Shown: piece by piece, positions 1 to 15,043 of the stretch
Position numbering within the stretch: position 1 is the first letter of the stretch
Layout: every line of letters starts with the position of its first letter
Assembly: GCF_006345805.1 (NCBI RefSeq)
Contig: NC_043017.1
Location: forward strand, 26,350,001-26,414,000
DNA: 64,000 bases
Source: Octopus sinensis
Taxonomy: Eukaryota
Reading direction: 5' to 3'
Made by a program: the position numbers and the translations under genes
The notes under the pieces: generated by a model
The model's input: the letters and a program-made list of their open reading frames with translations, nothing else
What the model was told of the DNA's origin: nothing
Database searches by the model: none

Positions 1-50
1 AACTGATCAAACTCCGCCACGCATTCTTCTGGACAAACATATCGGTGTCA

Positions 51-224
51 CACTTAGGAATGAGAAGCCAGGGTTGGGTTCAAAAGTCGACAAGGACCCA
101 TTATGAAGGCTAGAGAGTAAATCAGGGGAAACGTTGTGATAACATCAACAAGATGAAGACATATATCCGCCCAATGTAAATAAAGTAAGTAATGTACAGG
201 ATTCCTCATTTCTAAAATATAGGA
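51..224 (+). mobile_element. 3' part of family E repeat (hammerhead-bearing SINE), degenerate
   Basis: Aligns by eye to 54370-54528 (CTTAGGAATGAGAA..CCAGG...TGAAGGCT...GAAACGTTG...ACAAGATGA.GACA.ATATCCG...AATGTACA.GATTCCTCAT...AAATATAG) and ends at the same position. Confidence 0.75.
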
Positions 225-819
225 CATCCGTCCATTGTTTGTTTGTTTACACCTGACGTCTCCACTACAAAACGTTGTATCAAAAATCATAGCTTGCTAT
301 AAATTCTATGGACTATCAATTGATAGTACCATCACAAATGATAGAAAGTGCACTGCTAACAGTACAACAGGTTATTGGCTTAAAAAACGTTTAGTATAAT
401 TCATTGTATATTATAGCTGTATGTCGATATACCGAATCCCTACAATTCATTAATCATATAGATGTAGGCGCAGTCTTTAAGCTGAAATATTCGTGAGGCA
501 AATAAGAGTTATTGTATGGCTATTTGGTTAACATTCAGTTAGTTTTAGCTTTAAGTTACCGCGTATTTTCTGATCAAGTTCACACCCTTTTGTTGAAAGT
601 CATTTCAGTGTTTTACCAAACGCCTGGACAGCCACATAGATCTCAGGAAATCAATATAACTCAATCTGTTCAACCTTGTTCTAGACGTATGTTAGAAGTA
701 ACAGTAAAATAAAATTTAGTATGTATTAATTTACTAAATGTATTTCAATAATCATTCAGTTTAAGTTTTGAATGTTGAAACATAAAAAGAAACATTCCTA
801 TATCTACATACATGTAAAC

Positions 820-1035
820 AGGCATTTATGTATACATACGTACACACACACGCGCACAGACACACACACAAACACACATACAATCATACAAACACCCACA
901 CCAATATATGCATGCATAAATGTGTATATAGATAGAGATAGACGTATACAAAGTGACCGAGAGACATAAATACAACTAAATACATAGATAGATACATAGA
1001 TAGATAGATACATACATACATACATAGGTACACAG

Positions 1036-1067
<32 letters not shown>

Positions 1068-1083
1068 ATATATATATATATAT

Positions 1084-1117
<34 letters not shown>

Positions 1118-1227
1118 TAGATAGATACATATATACATAGATACATAGATAAATACATACATACATACATACATATATAGATACACATATATATAATATA
1201 TATATATATATATAGATAGATAGAGAG

Positions 1228-1297
<70 letters not shown>

Positions 1298-1620
1298 CAT
1301 AGATACATAGATAAATACATACATACATACATACATACATAGACTGATATATTGATAGATTGATAGATAGATTAGATAGATTGACAGTCATATATATATA
1401 TATATATATAGATAGATAGATAGATAGTTAGATATAGAGATAGATAGATACATAGATATATAGACTGATAGAGAGATAGACAGACAGACATATATATATA
1501 TAGATAGATAAACAGATAGCTAAATAAATAAATAGATAGATAGATAGATAAATAAATAAATAAAGAGATAAATAGATAGATACATACATACATGCATACA
1601 TAGATAGATGCGTGTTCATC
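820..1620. repeat. Compound microsatellite (CA)n/(GATA)n/(CATA)n/(TA)n
   Basis: Directly visible; source of the YLSI/MYV ORFs. Confidence 0.95.
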
Positions 1621-2021
1621 ACGCATCTACGCTCGAGTAAATTACTTCCTAATAATCAGAAGGATAACTGCCAAAAGAAGAATCCAAGAGAGTCGGCATG
1701 CAGACATGCTATTTGATACTACAAATCGTTTACTAAAACTGTATTCAGATTCAACAGAGAGTAACTCTGATGGAAGGAAATGTATAATTAAAAAATCACA
1801 CTATGTGCCGTGGTGATTATGAACCCACTAATTGATTGATGTTGAAATTAAATTAACTAATTAATTTAAAACTTTGATTTGGAGTCCTAAGGCTATTTTG
1901 AGGAAAATTAATATATTATAAGGCAACATGCAGCGGTTGATTTTGGTGTGCGTATTGGAGTACAGAGCCAGCAAGAAGAATGCTTGTAGTTACCATTATG
2001 TCGATAAAACTGTGTGTATAA

Positions 2022-2060
<39 letters not shown>

Positions 2061-2063
<3 letters not shown>

Positions 2064-2445
2064 AGTGGCTGTGTGGTAAGTAGCTTGCTAACCAACCACA
2101 TGGTTCCGGGTTCAGTCCCACTGCGTGGAATCTTGGGCGAGTGTCTTCTGCCCGGGCCGACCAATGCCTTGTAAGTGGATTTGGTAGACGGAAACTGAAA
2201 GAAGCCTGTCGTATATATGTATATATATGTATGTGTGTGTGTTTGTCCCCCTAACATTGCTTGACAACCGATACTTGTGTGTTTACGTCCCCATCACTTA
2301 GCGGTTCGGTAAAAGAGACCGATAGAATAAGTACTGGGCTTACAAAGAATAAGTCCCGGGGTCGATTTGCTCGACTAAAGGCGGTGCTCCAGCATGGCCG
2401 CAGTCAAATGACTGAAACAAGTAAAAGAGTAAAAGAGAGAGAGTA
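2061..2445 (+). mobile_element. Family B tRNA-derived SINE (CORE-like box, internal TA/TG microsatellite)
   Basis: A-box-like TGGCTGTGTGG, B-box GGTTCAGTCC, CORE-like CTTGGGCGAGTGTCTT, tail ending GTAAAAGAGTAAAAGAG; more than 15 copies or half-copies in the window. Confidence 0.9.
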
Positions 2446-2447
2446 TA

Positions 2448-2952
<505 letters not shown>

Positions 2953-2972
2953 ATATATATGTGTGTGTATAT

Positions 2973-3047
<75 letters not shown>

Positions 3048-3607
3048 TATACATATATGTACATGAACGCGTTTTCGTGCAGGTATGCACGTACGTCTAA
3101 ATGTATGACCGCATGTATATATGCATGTGTGTGTGTGTATATCTATATATGTGCGTGTGGGTTTGTGTCTGTGTATGTGTGTGCGTGTAGATTGAGAGAG
3201 AGAGAGACACACACACACACACATATTGATGTCTGCTCAAAATAGTCATAAGAACGATAATAAGAAATAAAATAAAAAGAAATTGTTAGTATCATCACAA
3301 AATCATTGTTAATATTACTAATATCATAATTGCTTGTAGTCATCATGTGCGTCAGTTTTTCATGGGTATAATTGACAAACATGGATGCATATAATGTTTG
3401 AATGTGTATGTTTGCATGTGCGTGTGTGTTTTTCTATGCATGTATGTATATATTGACGTCGTAAGACGTCGAGAAAATGTAGAATAATACGTCTCCATCA
3501 TATAAGCTAATACACGCCACACTGAAAGATGTGTACGTGCGAACATTAATTTTAATAAATACAATCATACATTCACACACACGTACATATATATATATAT
3601 ATATAAG

Positions 3608-3660
<53 letters not shown>

Positions 3661-3708
3661 CGAGAGAGAGAGAGAGGGAGAGAGAGGGAGAGAGAGAGAA
3701 AGAGAAAG

Positions 3709-3830
3709 TTTACGGAAAAACAAAAGACGAAGGCAGGTGGTGTACAAAACAAAAAGTTGTATTAGTATAACGCTCAGGAATAGAAAAAAGTCTTTTACGT
3801 TTCTAGGCTCCGTTCTTCTTCAGAAAGGGA
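3709..3830 (-). mobile_element. Family F PLE terminal repeat fragment with hammerhead core
   Basis: Homologous to 52315-52450. Minus strand 3792-3827 reads CTTT CTGAAGA agaacggagccta GAA ACGT A AAAG (canonical core, broken stem II). Confidence 0.7.
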
Positions 3831-4140
3831 ATAAGAAAACAAGGAGAGAAACAAGGAGAGAAAAAGGGAAAGAAAAAAGGGAAGGGAAAAAAGGAGAGAA
3901 AAAAAGGAGAGAAAAAAAAACAAGGTGAGACCTGTATCGTTAATTCCCTAATGACCTATTGCCCTATTTCAGAATTTTCTCAAAGAAAGATTGGTACCAT
4001 GCTATATAAAAGAATATTTGCTTTGCATAAGATTGCATATATTTTATCTCTATGCTATTCTACTGGCTCAGTAATTGAAATAAATTGCCTTTTAGTCATT
4101 TACTTATTCATGGATGACGGCTTAATATATATATTCTTTT

Positions 4141-4731
4141 CTACTCTAGGTACAAGTACCGAAATTTGGTGGGAGAGGGCCAGACATTAAGATAGACCCC
4201 AGTAAGTAAATGGTTCTCAATTTATCGACCCCTAAATGATGAAAGCATACTCGACCTCGGCGGAATTTGAACTCAGAACGTAGCGGCAAACGAAATACCT
4301 ATTTCTTTACCACCCACAAGGAGCTAATCACAGAGGGGACAAACAAGGAGAGACAAACGGATTAAGTCTATTATATTAACCCCAATTCATAACTGGTACT
4401 TATTTAATCGACTTCGAAAGGATGAAAGGCAAAGTCGACCTCGGCAGAATTTGAACTCAGAACGTAACGGCAGACGAGATACCTATTTCTTTACTACCCA
4501 CAAGGAACTAAACACAGAGGGGAGAAACAAGGGCAGACAAACGGATTAAGTCCATTATATCGACCTCAGTGCGTAACTGGTACTTATTTAATCGACCCCG
4601 AAAGGATGAAACGCAAAGTCGACCTCGGCGGAATTTGAAGTCAGAACGTAACAGCAGACGAAATACCGCTAAGCATTTCTCCCTGCCTGCAATGCTAACG
4701 TTTCTGCCAGCTCACCGCCTTAGCTTAAAAC
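4141..4731 (-). mobile_element. Family C SINE trimer (one head, three bodies)
   Basis: Three copies of GAGTTCAAATTC.GCCGAGGTCGA...CATCCTTTCG..GTCGAT joined at GAAATAGGTATTTCGT; a single head at about 4660-4731. Confidence 0.88.
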
Positions 4732-5189
4732 CTATATTGCATCTGTTATGTAAATTACATTATAAAATGTAGTAAATTTTCGAAGCGTGTTCTGATATAA
4801 AATGCCAAGCTCCTGCGTAGGAAGACGAAAATGTCATCATAATAAAACCTATTTGAACATCTCCGGCCTATTTTGTTGATATTATAGAGAGTTTGGTTAA
4901 CTCTTCATATGAAATTTTATGCTTGCTTTAGTTCATATTTCTCAGCATTATTTTTCCTTAAGTATTAGTTACTTGTCTATGTGATGAGATGCACACATCA
5001 CGTCTGTCTTATTTAAAAAAATGAGAAATGTTAAGTTGAATGATATACAGACAGCATGCTCGAGCGATATATTCTACTATTGAAGTACATCTAATATTAT
5101 GGAGCAAAATTCATTCTCATTTGCATTTCCTGTGTAGACTGCACATTTTCACACTTCTACTACTACTACCGTTACTGCTGCCGCTGCTG

Positions 5190-5220
<31 letters not shown>

Positions 5221-5406
5221 GTCTTTTATTCTCGTCGTCTATTCTTCTCGCCATTCTTATTGTACTTCCATTTCATTTCAATTATTCTCTTCGTCCTGTT
5301 TTATGATCTTATATAAATTTTCTCTTTCTTCATCCACCTCATTATTCTGCACGTTAAAATCTTTCGAGACATTGTCTGTATTAAACTTTCATATTCTAAC
5401 CTAAAG

Positions 5407-5460
<54 letters not shown>

Positions 5461-5570
5461 CGTCGTCCAATAATACATTTTTGTTCCATGTCCTCGCGTT
5501 GTTGTGTTTTTTTGCGCTTTTGTGTTTGGATTACTTTAACAATATATATATGATGTATATACGTATATAT

Positions 5571-5601
<31 letters not shown>

Positions 5602-6485
5602 ACACACACACGCATATACACACATATATATATATGTATATATATATTACATATATATATATGTATATATATATATATATGCATATATATATATGTATAT
5701 GTATATGTATGTATATATATATATATATATAATATATATTATATATATATATAATAATTTCACTAGCATCTATAAACCACCAGCGAAAATTTACAACCAT
5801 TAATCTAATAATTCTTCACAGTTTCTTGTTTTAGTCTTGCTTTTTTGTGCTTAAAATCAGCTTCAATTTCTCCCACCTCACTCACAATCATACACTCTTT
5901 TCACTGTATTTACATACTGCCGTATATTTTTCAGAGTTATCCTAAACTGAAATATTTCGCACAACCTCTATATTATCTCCGTTGTATTTACGTAAATCAT
6001 TTTGATTTTGTACGTCGTTGTTTTTGTCATTCCGATGTATAATATTTCATTCTTCTTATCTCGTAGACTCTTAAAATTTTCCATATTCTCTGTTATTTAT
6101 TTTTTTGTCATCTCACTTTATGTTTCCCTGCTCTATAACATAATTCGATATTCTCATACCTTCTCTTTCTTCAAATACTGTTGCTTTTACTGTTTTACGA
6201 TTTCAGATTAGAATTTGAATAGGTATTATATTAACTTATTTATTTCCAAATGAACAGAATATTAAATTAGGTTTCACCGTGATAAAATGTTTATGACTGA
6301 TACTTGCTCAAAAATATTTTTAAAATAAAAGGCAATGTTTTCGTATATTTAGACTGTGACTCTAAACGACAATAGCATTCTAACCAAGATAACACATTTT
6401 ATCAATGTTGAGACTAGCAAGAATATTCCAGAGAGAGAGAGAGACAGATTCGCTCTAAAACACATCAACTTGCAACAGCTTTTGT

Positions 6486-6597
6486 TACCTCGGTGTACAA
6501 AGAATCCACAGTGCTTTCACCAAACAGCAATGCGATCAATGCACGAATCAGGAAATACAACAAACAAATATCAGCTTCAGCAACAATATTCTCAGCG
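6486..6597 (-). other. Candidate exon (weak)
   Basis: Open frame FAENIVAEADICLLYFLIRALIALLFGESTVDSLYTE ending at GAG|GTAACA; acceptor weak; no recognisable family. Confidence 0.15.
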
Positions 6598-7147
6598 AAT
6601 CTTCAAGACATTAATCACTATAACTATACACGCAAGCAGAAACTTATACAAATTGGAAGCTAGATCTCTGATCGTTGAACCCAAGCATTTACTTTTACCC
6701 TAACGAAAATCTCTCGCAATAAATGTCAGTTAAACTCTATGGTGAGAGCTAAAGATTTTCCTACTCTTTATGGATTGGGGAACGGTGAATGGAACAAGGG
6801 AGGATTTACTAATTTTCTTTGCAATTTATCATAAAAATAGCATTGTAGATTTTGTTACTATTTCCCGATGTGCTATAAGCTATAGACATAAATTTTGCCG
6901 GACATTTCGAAATTATCACCCCACTGAAAATATGTTTATATATATATCAATGTATATATAATATATATAATATATATATTATATATATACATACTATATT
7001 ATATATATATATATATAATAATATATATATATATATATAATATATATATAATATATATATTATATTATATATATATATATATAATATAATATAAGATAAT
7101 ATTATATATAGATTATATATATATTTATATATATTTATATATATATA

Positions 7148-7350
7148 ACGGGAAGCTTTATGAAAATAAACAAAAGACGAAGGCAGGTGGAGTACAAACA
7201 AACAATTGTATTAGTATGGCGCTCAGGAATAGAAATAAAACAAGTCTTTTACGTTTCGAGCCTACGCGCTTCAACAGAAACATACACAGAAAAGAAACAC
7301 GGAGAGAAACAAGGAGCGAAAAAAATGCGTGCAGGAGCTAACGATTCAAC
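7148..7350 (-). mobile_element. Family F PLE terminal repeat with hammerhead-like motif (7245-7282)
   Basis: Reverse complement matches 52240-52450; minus strand TTT CTGTTGA A GCGC GTAG GCTC GAAACGT A AAAGA; abuts (TA)n. Confidence 0.85.
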
Positions 7351-8474
7351 ATACCTATACACGTATGTATCTACATGTACACACTGCGCGGATGATGATG
7401 CTTTCTATGTCTATGTGTGTGTCTCTCTCTACACACACATATACGTAACTAATACACATATATAAAATATCACAGTAAAAGTGAAACAGGCGACGAAAAA
7501 CCGCCTTTAATATGGGTTTCACACGCCACCACATTGTCCTGAGGGTTACGATGCAAGGCATGAACGTTCAATTATTCTAGATTGCGAAAAACAAACATAG
7601 TAATAGAAATAATAACAATAATCTGAAAACATGTGCAATTCAATATTGAATGGAACATATATCAGTCATGTTCTTTGCTCATAAATGTTATATATATACA
7701 TATAATTGTTTTATTATATAATATATTATGTCACAATTTTTTACCAAAATGACTCGACGTAAAAATGTGAAAGGTTTGAATTGTGGCCATATGTCAAAAT
7801 GATGATAGATTATACGGATATGCGTGATGTTTGCGTGCTTCTTTCTACGAATTCTTATGATATTCTTACCTGTCTAATCATGCCTTATAAAATCATCCAT
7901 TTCAATGTCTGTGAGTTTACAGAATTCTCATCTTTTGACGAGAAAGACAGTATCATCTTTAAATAAGAATTCCTTGTGCTCAGAATAAATGTACCCCGAA
8001 ATTTCAAGGTAAAACAGCCATATTGTTGATTAACTCGAATTATCTCGTATTTGAACTGTTTCAAAATCAATTCTCATCCACCGAAAATAATTTGGTCAGC
8101 TGGTTTTATTTTAATTATGCTTAATATACAAAACTTAGACGATTCTTTTAGACAACATATTTAAATGTGTTCTTGGTCTCATCTATAATAAATATACCAT
8201 CCATTGTTGTTTTAGTTCAATTATCTTATATATAAATAAGATTCTCGTAGTTTGCTTCTGGCATTGATAAACAAAAGAAAAAAACTCATAAAGTGAGACG
8301 TATTGAGAATCTCATTATGCAAAAGAAGGAATTAATAATTTATAAACGTCGTATATTCCGGGTGTCGTGTCATTATAGTACTCGGTGTTTCGAATGCTGG
8401 AGGGAAAAGTCACGATGCATTCTCGTTGGCTATTAATATAAAACTGTTTGTTGCTAGTATTGTTACTGCTTTGA

Positions 8475-8708
8475 CGATGGTGAGCTGTCAGAGCTGTCGC
8501 CCGGCTGTTAGCACTCCGGGCGAAATGATTAGCGACATTTCTTCTGACGATACGTTCTGGTTTCAAATTCCGGCGAGGTCGACTTTGCTTTTCATCATTT
8601 CGTGGACGATAAATTAAGTACCAAATGCATACTGGGGTCGATCTAATGTATGCCCAACCTTCTCTCCAAAAACTTTTTAGGCATTGTGCCTGGAGAAGCA
8701 AAAGAGTA
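8475..8708 (+). mobile_element. Family C SINE, diverged, C2-type tail
   Basis: GGTGAGCTGTCAGA...CCGGGCGAAATGATTAGC...GAGGTCGACTTTGCTTTTCATC...GTACCA...TTGTGCCTGGAGAAG. Confidence 0.8.
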
Positions 8709-8901
8709 TTGTTACTGCATGCATCTCTTATAGAACTTTTTGAAGAAGCTACTTTCCTTCTATTTATATGTGTGTGTCTCTGTATGTCTCTGTGTAGCAC
8801 TCCAAAGACAGGAATTCAGCAAAAAAGGGTGGTGCTCCAACATCATCGCAGCCGGATTGCTGAATCAGGTAAACTAATATATATACATATGTATATATAT
8901 A

Positions 8902-8959
<58 letters not shown>

Positions 8960-10018
8960 TGTATTCATATATAGATTCATAGATTCACAAATCTCTATAT
9001 GCAGGTTTTATTACATATATATTTACATGTATATATATATATATATGTATATATATGTATGTATATATATGTATATATATATTTTTATATTATATATATA
9101 TATGTAAATATGTATATATATATAATATGTATATATATATATATGTGTATATATATATATAATTATATATATAATATATATATATGTTTTATATTTATAT
9201 ACATATATATATGTATATATATGCACATATACGTATATGCATGTCTATGTGTGTGTGTGTGTGTGTATGTCTACCTTTATGTATAATTGGCTTCGTTGGG
9301 TGTCATGCAATTTACCGTATACCATTGGAAATTAATACGCTACTTCTCTTAGCCATCCAGACTGTATAATGATACTGATACACCGTTAATGTATGTTTCG
9401 CCATTATTGCGTCAATGAAATGACTTCTAATTAACTAACATAAATTCTATAAATTTGGGTGTAACTTTCGTAATATGAATAAAATGAATATCTATGTGAA
9501 TACGTAGACGCCACTTTGTATGGCGACACACATTGTAACGAGAATGATATGTCTGAATTATCGGCTATGTATATTCCAGTATAGCACGGCATTTATATTC
9601 TTGTCTATAGTAGCTGCTATCATTATTAATTTCTGCTCTGTATTTCCAGCTGTTCATGGTTTGCGAATGTGTCTCGTATAAAATTCTTGTTTCGTTACCA
9701 TGGAAATATTTACCTTCCGATTATTCATAAGCATGTACTTACCTATGTGACTGTGTCTGAAATCCTATTGTAAATTATAGCCAGTTTGATATTATGTTTT
9801 CTAATGTGCGGCGAGACGGATAAGCAAAAACACAACCGCTTACATTTTGTATTTTCGATAAGCATTCGCCATATTATCTCCCCGCTAGCGATATAAATAA
9901 GAGTGCATTTTACACCGAAAACTCAGTAAAAAGTTGTTCCAATTGAACCTACACGTTTGAGTAGGAATAAATATTATCTCTCGGAACTTAGAGAAAATAT
10001 TTTATGAAATTGAACAAT

Positions 10019-10438
10019 GCGCAGGAGTGGCTGTGTGGTAAGTAGCTTGTTTACAACAACATGGTTCCGGGTTCAGTCCCACTGCGTGGTACCTTGGGCA
10101 AGTGTCTTCTACTATTAGCCCCGGGCCCCAATGCCGGCCGACCCAGCTGGGATTTGGTAGACGGAAACTGAAAGAAGCCTGTCGTATATATGTATGTATA
10201 TATGTATGTATGTGTGTATGTGTGTGTGTCTGTGTTTGTCTCCCTAGCATTGCTTGACAACCGATGGTGGTGTGTTTGCGTCCCCGTCACTTTGTGGTTC
10301 GGCAAAAGAGACCGATAGAATAAGTACTGGGCTTACAAAGAATAAGTCCCGGGGTCGATTTGCTCGACTAAAGGCGGTGCTCCAGCATGGCCACAGTCAA
10401 AGGACTGAAACAAGTAAAAGTGTAAAAGAGTAAAAGAA
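10019..10438 (+). mobile_element. Family B SINE, full length
   Basis: Complete head, CCTTGGGCAAGTGTCTT box, internal microsatellite and tail. Confidence 0.92.
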
Positions 10439-11435
10439 TGCATATATAAACGGTATTTTTTTATGCAGCCTGAAGCCATCAGGAACACCATTGTCGTTTT
10501 GGTGAGAAGTACATCTGCTTACGTCTCTATTATTTATAAGATTATGCTGGAATCTATATTCCACTGGTGTTACATTTTAAGCGATAGAGCAATTTATATT
10601 TGTATACATATCACAATATCACAATACTCAACATTTGTAACGATATATATACCATTATTTAAGCGTGTTGTATGTAGGATATCTGACGCTTCAAATACTT
10701 TACAGTAGGGGAATTCACCCCTTTTCGTACTATTGAATGGCAAATTTATATATTATGACTTATGTAAGCTTTTATTTGTGGGTTGTATGAAATTCAATGC
10801 CTGAATTTCGTAATTGTGTGTTGTGTGATTTTGCTGAATACTTTTAGTGAACCCATAGATTCGAGTAAAATCACCCACGATGGACGGCGCCTCAAAGAGA
10901 AAGAAACGAAGTTCTTGGAAACTCGAGGAATGAGGACAAAGTCTTACAAACAGCATGTTCATTCAAGTTATATTTAATAATAAAACATATTGAAACTGCA
11001 TTCATTTAAATCGTTTTCCATACGTCATCGTGGAAGCAAGCAGGTATAACTAGAAAAGCAAATTTGAAATGTTTACTGTAAATTGGAATATCTTGAATAT
11101 TAAATAAAGTTGTTGTCGCTGCAAGGCCTTAACAAAATTCAAGTTACAGATGAAATATAACAGGTGAAAAAGACAGGTAAGTATGCATTCTTTTCACTTG
11201 TGGACTATCGAATATAAGTAATGCTTTGTTTCGGTAGCTACATTTTGAAACAAGGGTCATTTTAGAACTGGAGACATTAGAATAATTTGAAAATTGTGGA
11301 AAACAACAGATGCTACACCATAACAACATAACAATGGAAAAATTCAAACTATAAGTTAGTATACCACGTGTCTCAGTTTTGGATATAGGAGAGAAATTCA
11401 CGTGATATCCAGTTTTGTATACAAATGACAAGTAC

Positions 11436-11476
11436 CTTGTCTCTGCATGAGGATCAGTATTGCTTTGACTCTTCAT
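11436..11476 (-). other. Candidate 41-nt micro-exon
   Basis: Minus strand TTTATTTCTTTCTCAG|ATGAAGAGTCAAAGCAATACTGATCCTCATGCAGAGACAAG|GTACTT: good acceptor, plausible donor, one open frame (MKSQSNTDPHAET). Confidence 0.3.
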
Positions 11477-11985
11477 CTGAGAAAGAAATAAAATGAACGG
11501 AGAGGAAAAAGGCAACGTGTCTGAGGGAGTGCATTGTAAAAAAGAAAACGGAAACATATATGAAACGAATAACGTATGAAAAAGCTAATGTAGAGTGAGG
11601 CAGAGAGAAAGAGAGAGGGAGAGAGAGAGAGAGAGAGTGAGAGAGAGAGTGGAAGAGGTAACGAGAGACAGGAAGAGAGAGTGCGTGATGTTAAAATTAA
11701 ATTTACAGGCGTCTGGTTCTCAGCTGCTCATGCGAATTTCGGCAACATTTGCTCCGATTTGTTAATTAAAAATTCAAAAATCATAACGGATTACGAGGCA
11801 TTTCACAAATGAAACCTGAGTTAAGACATTACAATCGTTAGGATAATCCCCTAACGCTGGATAATGCTGATGAATAGTTTTGTTTCCAAGTTTAATCTTA
11901 CAGAAATTATTTTTGCAAACAGGAAAAGCAGGGAAATGTTTTACTCAAAATAATCTAAGCCAGGAGTTACACCTGTATGACAATA

Positions 11986-12055
<70 letters not shown>

Positions 12056-12370
12056 GAAACACATTTGCCTTGTATCCTTGTCATCAACATCAAAGAAAGA
12101 TCTAATTTGTCATTATGTATGTGAATACATAAACATAAGGTGTGTCGTGTGAGAAAGAGTGTCTAAATGAAGAGTGTGTAGTTATCTGTTTAGCTGTCTG
12201 TCACTGCGTTATGCATCGTTGACGACGTTATGCAATCAATGATATCATATGCACACCGTACTATCTGGTATTTAAGCAGAATATACACGTGTAATGACAT
12301 AAACCTGAAGATATCGTTTCAGGTCTAATAAAATTGTAACGCACTTGTCATATATATATATATATATATA

Positions 12371-12517
12371 CAAGAAAAAAGCAACAAGATTGGGTTAGTT
12401 GTTCAGTATAATTTTTTCATACGAAGAACAGATTTATTTAAAGCTGCAAATATTGCAGCAAATACAAGTGTCCCGTATTCATCAGCCAAAACACATATGC
12501 GTTTTCCAAACATCCTA
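12371..12517 (-). mobile_element. Family G ~150-bp hammerhead-bearing element
   Basis: Second copy at 39080-39226 with the same ends; minus strand TTTGG CTGATGA ATACG...CGTAT GAAA at 12402-12490. Confidence 0.8.
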
Positions 12518-13098
12518 GGGGGTGAGGCTACACTCATGAAGTATCGAAGAGAGTTCTATGAAAAGCAAAGTTAGATTGTAAGCAGACTTAAAATGTTTTC
12601 TAATGATGCACAGTTTTATAAAAGGTTTTTTAAAAGATTGTTAGCTTCACAGAAAAGGTAAATCCATCCATAATAATGCAGGTGTAATTTCCGGAGATAT
12701 GAGGAGAGATTTTATTCACAGAGAAGATGAATGTATCCATAATAATGCAGATGTAATTTCCTGATATACGAGGAAAAGATGTTGATCACACATCTATTCA
12801 TTTCAAAAACTACGTTGTTGGAACAAGAGACTGGCTATATATATATATATTCTATAGATATAGAATATATATATATATATATATATATGTATTGGAAGGT
12901 TTTGAAATGATGTACAGGTATTTTATATTAGAAGAAATGAGGTACTGAGAAATTCAGATGGTTTTATATTTACAGATATTTTATATTACATGTTTTTATA
13001 CATCTATAACCTAGATCATATATTTGCGCTTTCTCCCATTCTAGTGGGGTTTTCAAATCGAACTATATATATATATATATATATATTATATTATAATA

Positions 13099-13149
<51 letters not shown>

Positions 13150-13158
13150 GTATATATA

Positions 13159-13215
<57 letters not shown>

Positions 13216-13225
13216 GTATAATATA

Positions 13226-13270
<45 letters not shown>

Positions 13271-13716
13271 TTATATATGTGTGGTGTGTGTGTGTGTGTA
13301 TGTGTGTGTGTGTGTGTATATAATATATATATATACATGTATGTATATACAGATGTATGTATGCGTATAGGACAAGAACGTATTTAAATGACAATCATGG
13401 ACATGGACAACCCTATGAACCGGCCATAACTGTATGCATAAATTTATGTACAGTGCATATAACTATACATTCAGATATACACATACATAAAGATATAATC
13501 TCTCTGACGTTTCTTTTTCCATCTCAATGCGAGTGTGTGTGTGTTTGCGTGTGTGTATATAGCCGCCATTTTGTGCACAGGATCTTGGGACATGTTTCAA
13601 GAAAGATAAAGTGTGAAATGCATAGAATTGCATAGATACAATATTTATATCTCTATTACAATTTTAGGATCACATACAATAGCATAGGTTTTATAGAAGA
13701 GATACTAGTACCTCAA

Positions 13717-14096
13717 GTGGAGGCGCAATGGTTAGGGCAGCGGACCCGCGGTCATAGGATCGCGGTTTCGATTCCCATACCGGGCTTTGTGAGTGTTTAT
13801 TGAGCGAAAACACCTAAAGCTCCACGAGGCTCCGGCAGGGGATGGTGGTGATCTCTGCTGTACTCTTTCACCACAGCTTTCTCTCACTCTTACTTCCTGT
13901 TTCTATGGTACCTTGTATTTCAAAGGGCCAGCCTTGTCACTCTCTGTGTCACGCTGAATATCCCCGAGAACTACGTTAAGGGTACACGTATCTGTGGAGT
14001 GCTCAGCCACTTACACGTTAATTTCACGAGCAGGCTGTTCCGTTGATCGGATCAACCAGAACCCTCGTCGTCGTAACCGACGGAGTGCTTCCATCC
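13717..14096 (+). mobile_element. Family A tRNA-derived SINE with 13-bp TSD
   Basis: Head GGAGGCGCAATGG...GGTTTCGATTCCC; TSD ACTAGTACCTCAA at 13704-13716 and 14097-14109; homolog at 29581. Confidence 0.93.
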
Positions 14097-14785
14097 ACTA
14101 GTACCTCAATCCGTTTCCTTTAGAAAAGTATAATTCTAATACATTCTTAAGTTAGTTATCAGCGTATATTTCTAAGAGATATACGCTGATAGCAAATGTA
14201 TTTTCAAATGAATATATAGATATAGAATAGATGAAATAGCATGCTCCGAGAGAATTACATTCATAGTTTTATTCTATTGGGATGTACTCTGCTTTGTTTA
14301 CAATCATTTACTGAGAAACGAACATATGAAATATCTTTACACTTTCCAACAACATCATGCAGAAACAAACGCTGTTACACTGGTACATTTTCAATATTGA
14401 CATACAAAGATGATCTCGCATAAACACTCTCTCTCTCTCTCTCTCTCTTCTCTCTCCCTCTCTCTCTCGTTCCCTTCCTATATCAATCTCGCTTCCTTGC
14501 GTTTTCTCTCTTCCACATTCTTTCTCTCACACATGCACACACATACATACACACACACACACGCACACATATATACGTACAGGTATGAAAATGTATCCGT
14601 GTTTTATAAATATATATATACTAATAATTATGGTCATATGTGCATGTATATGTATGCATGTACGTATGTAGAATGCACACACACACACGTGCAAATATAT
14701 TTATATATTTATATATTTATATATTTATATATTTATATATTTATGTACATATGTATGCATATATTATTACGTATGTGTATATAGG

Positions 14786-14817
<32 letters not shown>

Positions 14818-14976
14818 AAGAGGAGAGAGACAGATAGATACATAATAAAATATGAATAATTTTACACCTCCTCATATATATATATATATACACACACATA
14901 AACACATATATATATATATATATATGAGATGTATAATAAATCATATTTTATTATACATCTATGCTTCTTTCTCTCA

Positions 14977-15043
<67 letters not shown>

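Noticed and set aside
4141-4731. Repeat-spacer appearance of SINE multimers as a CRISPR array
   Set aside because: Units are ~190-bp SINE bodies with no unique spacers; eukaryotic context and no cas genes.
6356-6703. 115-aa plus-strand ORF
   Set aside because: No recognisable domain, starts at a non-ATG codon, includes a (GA)n run, no splice or expression support.
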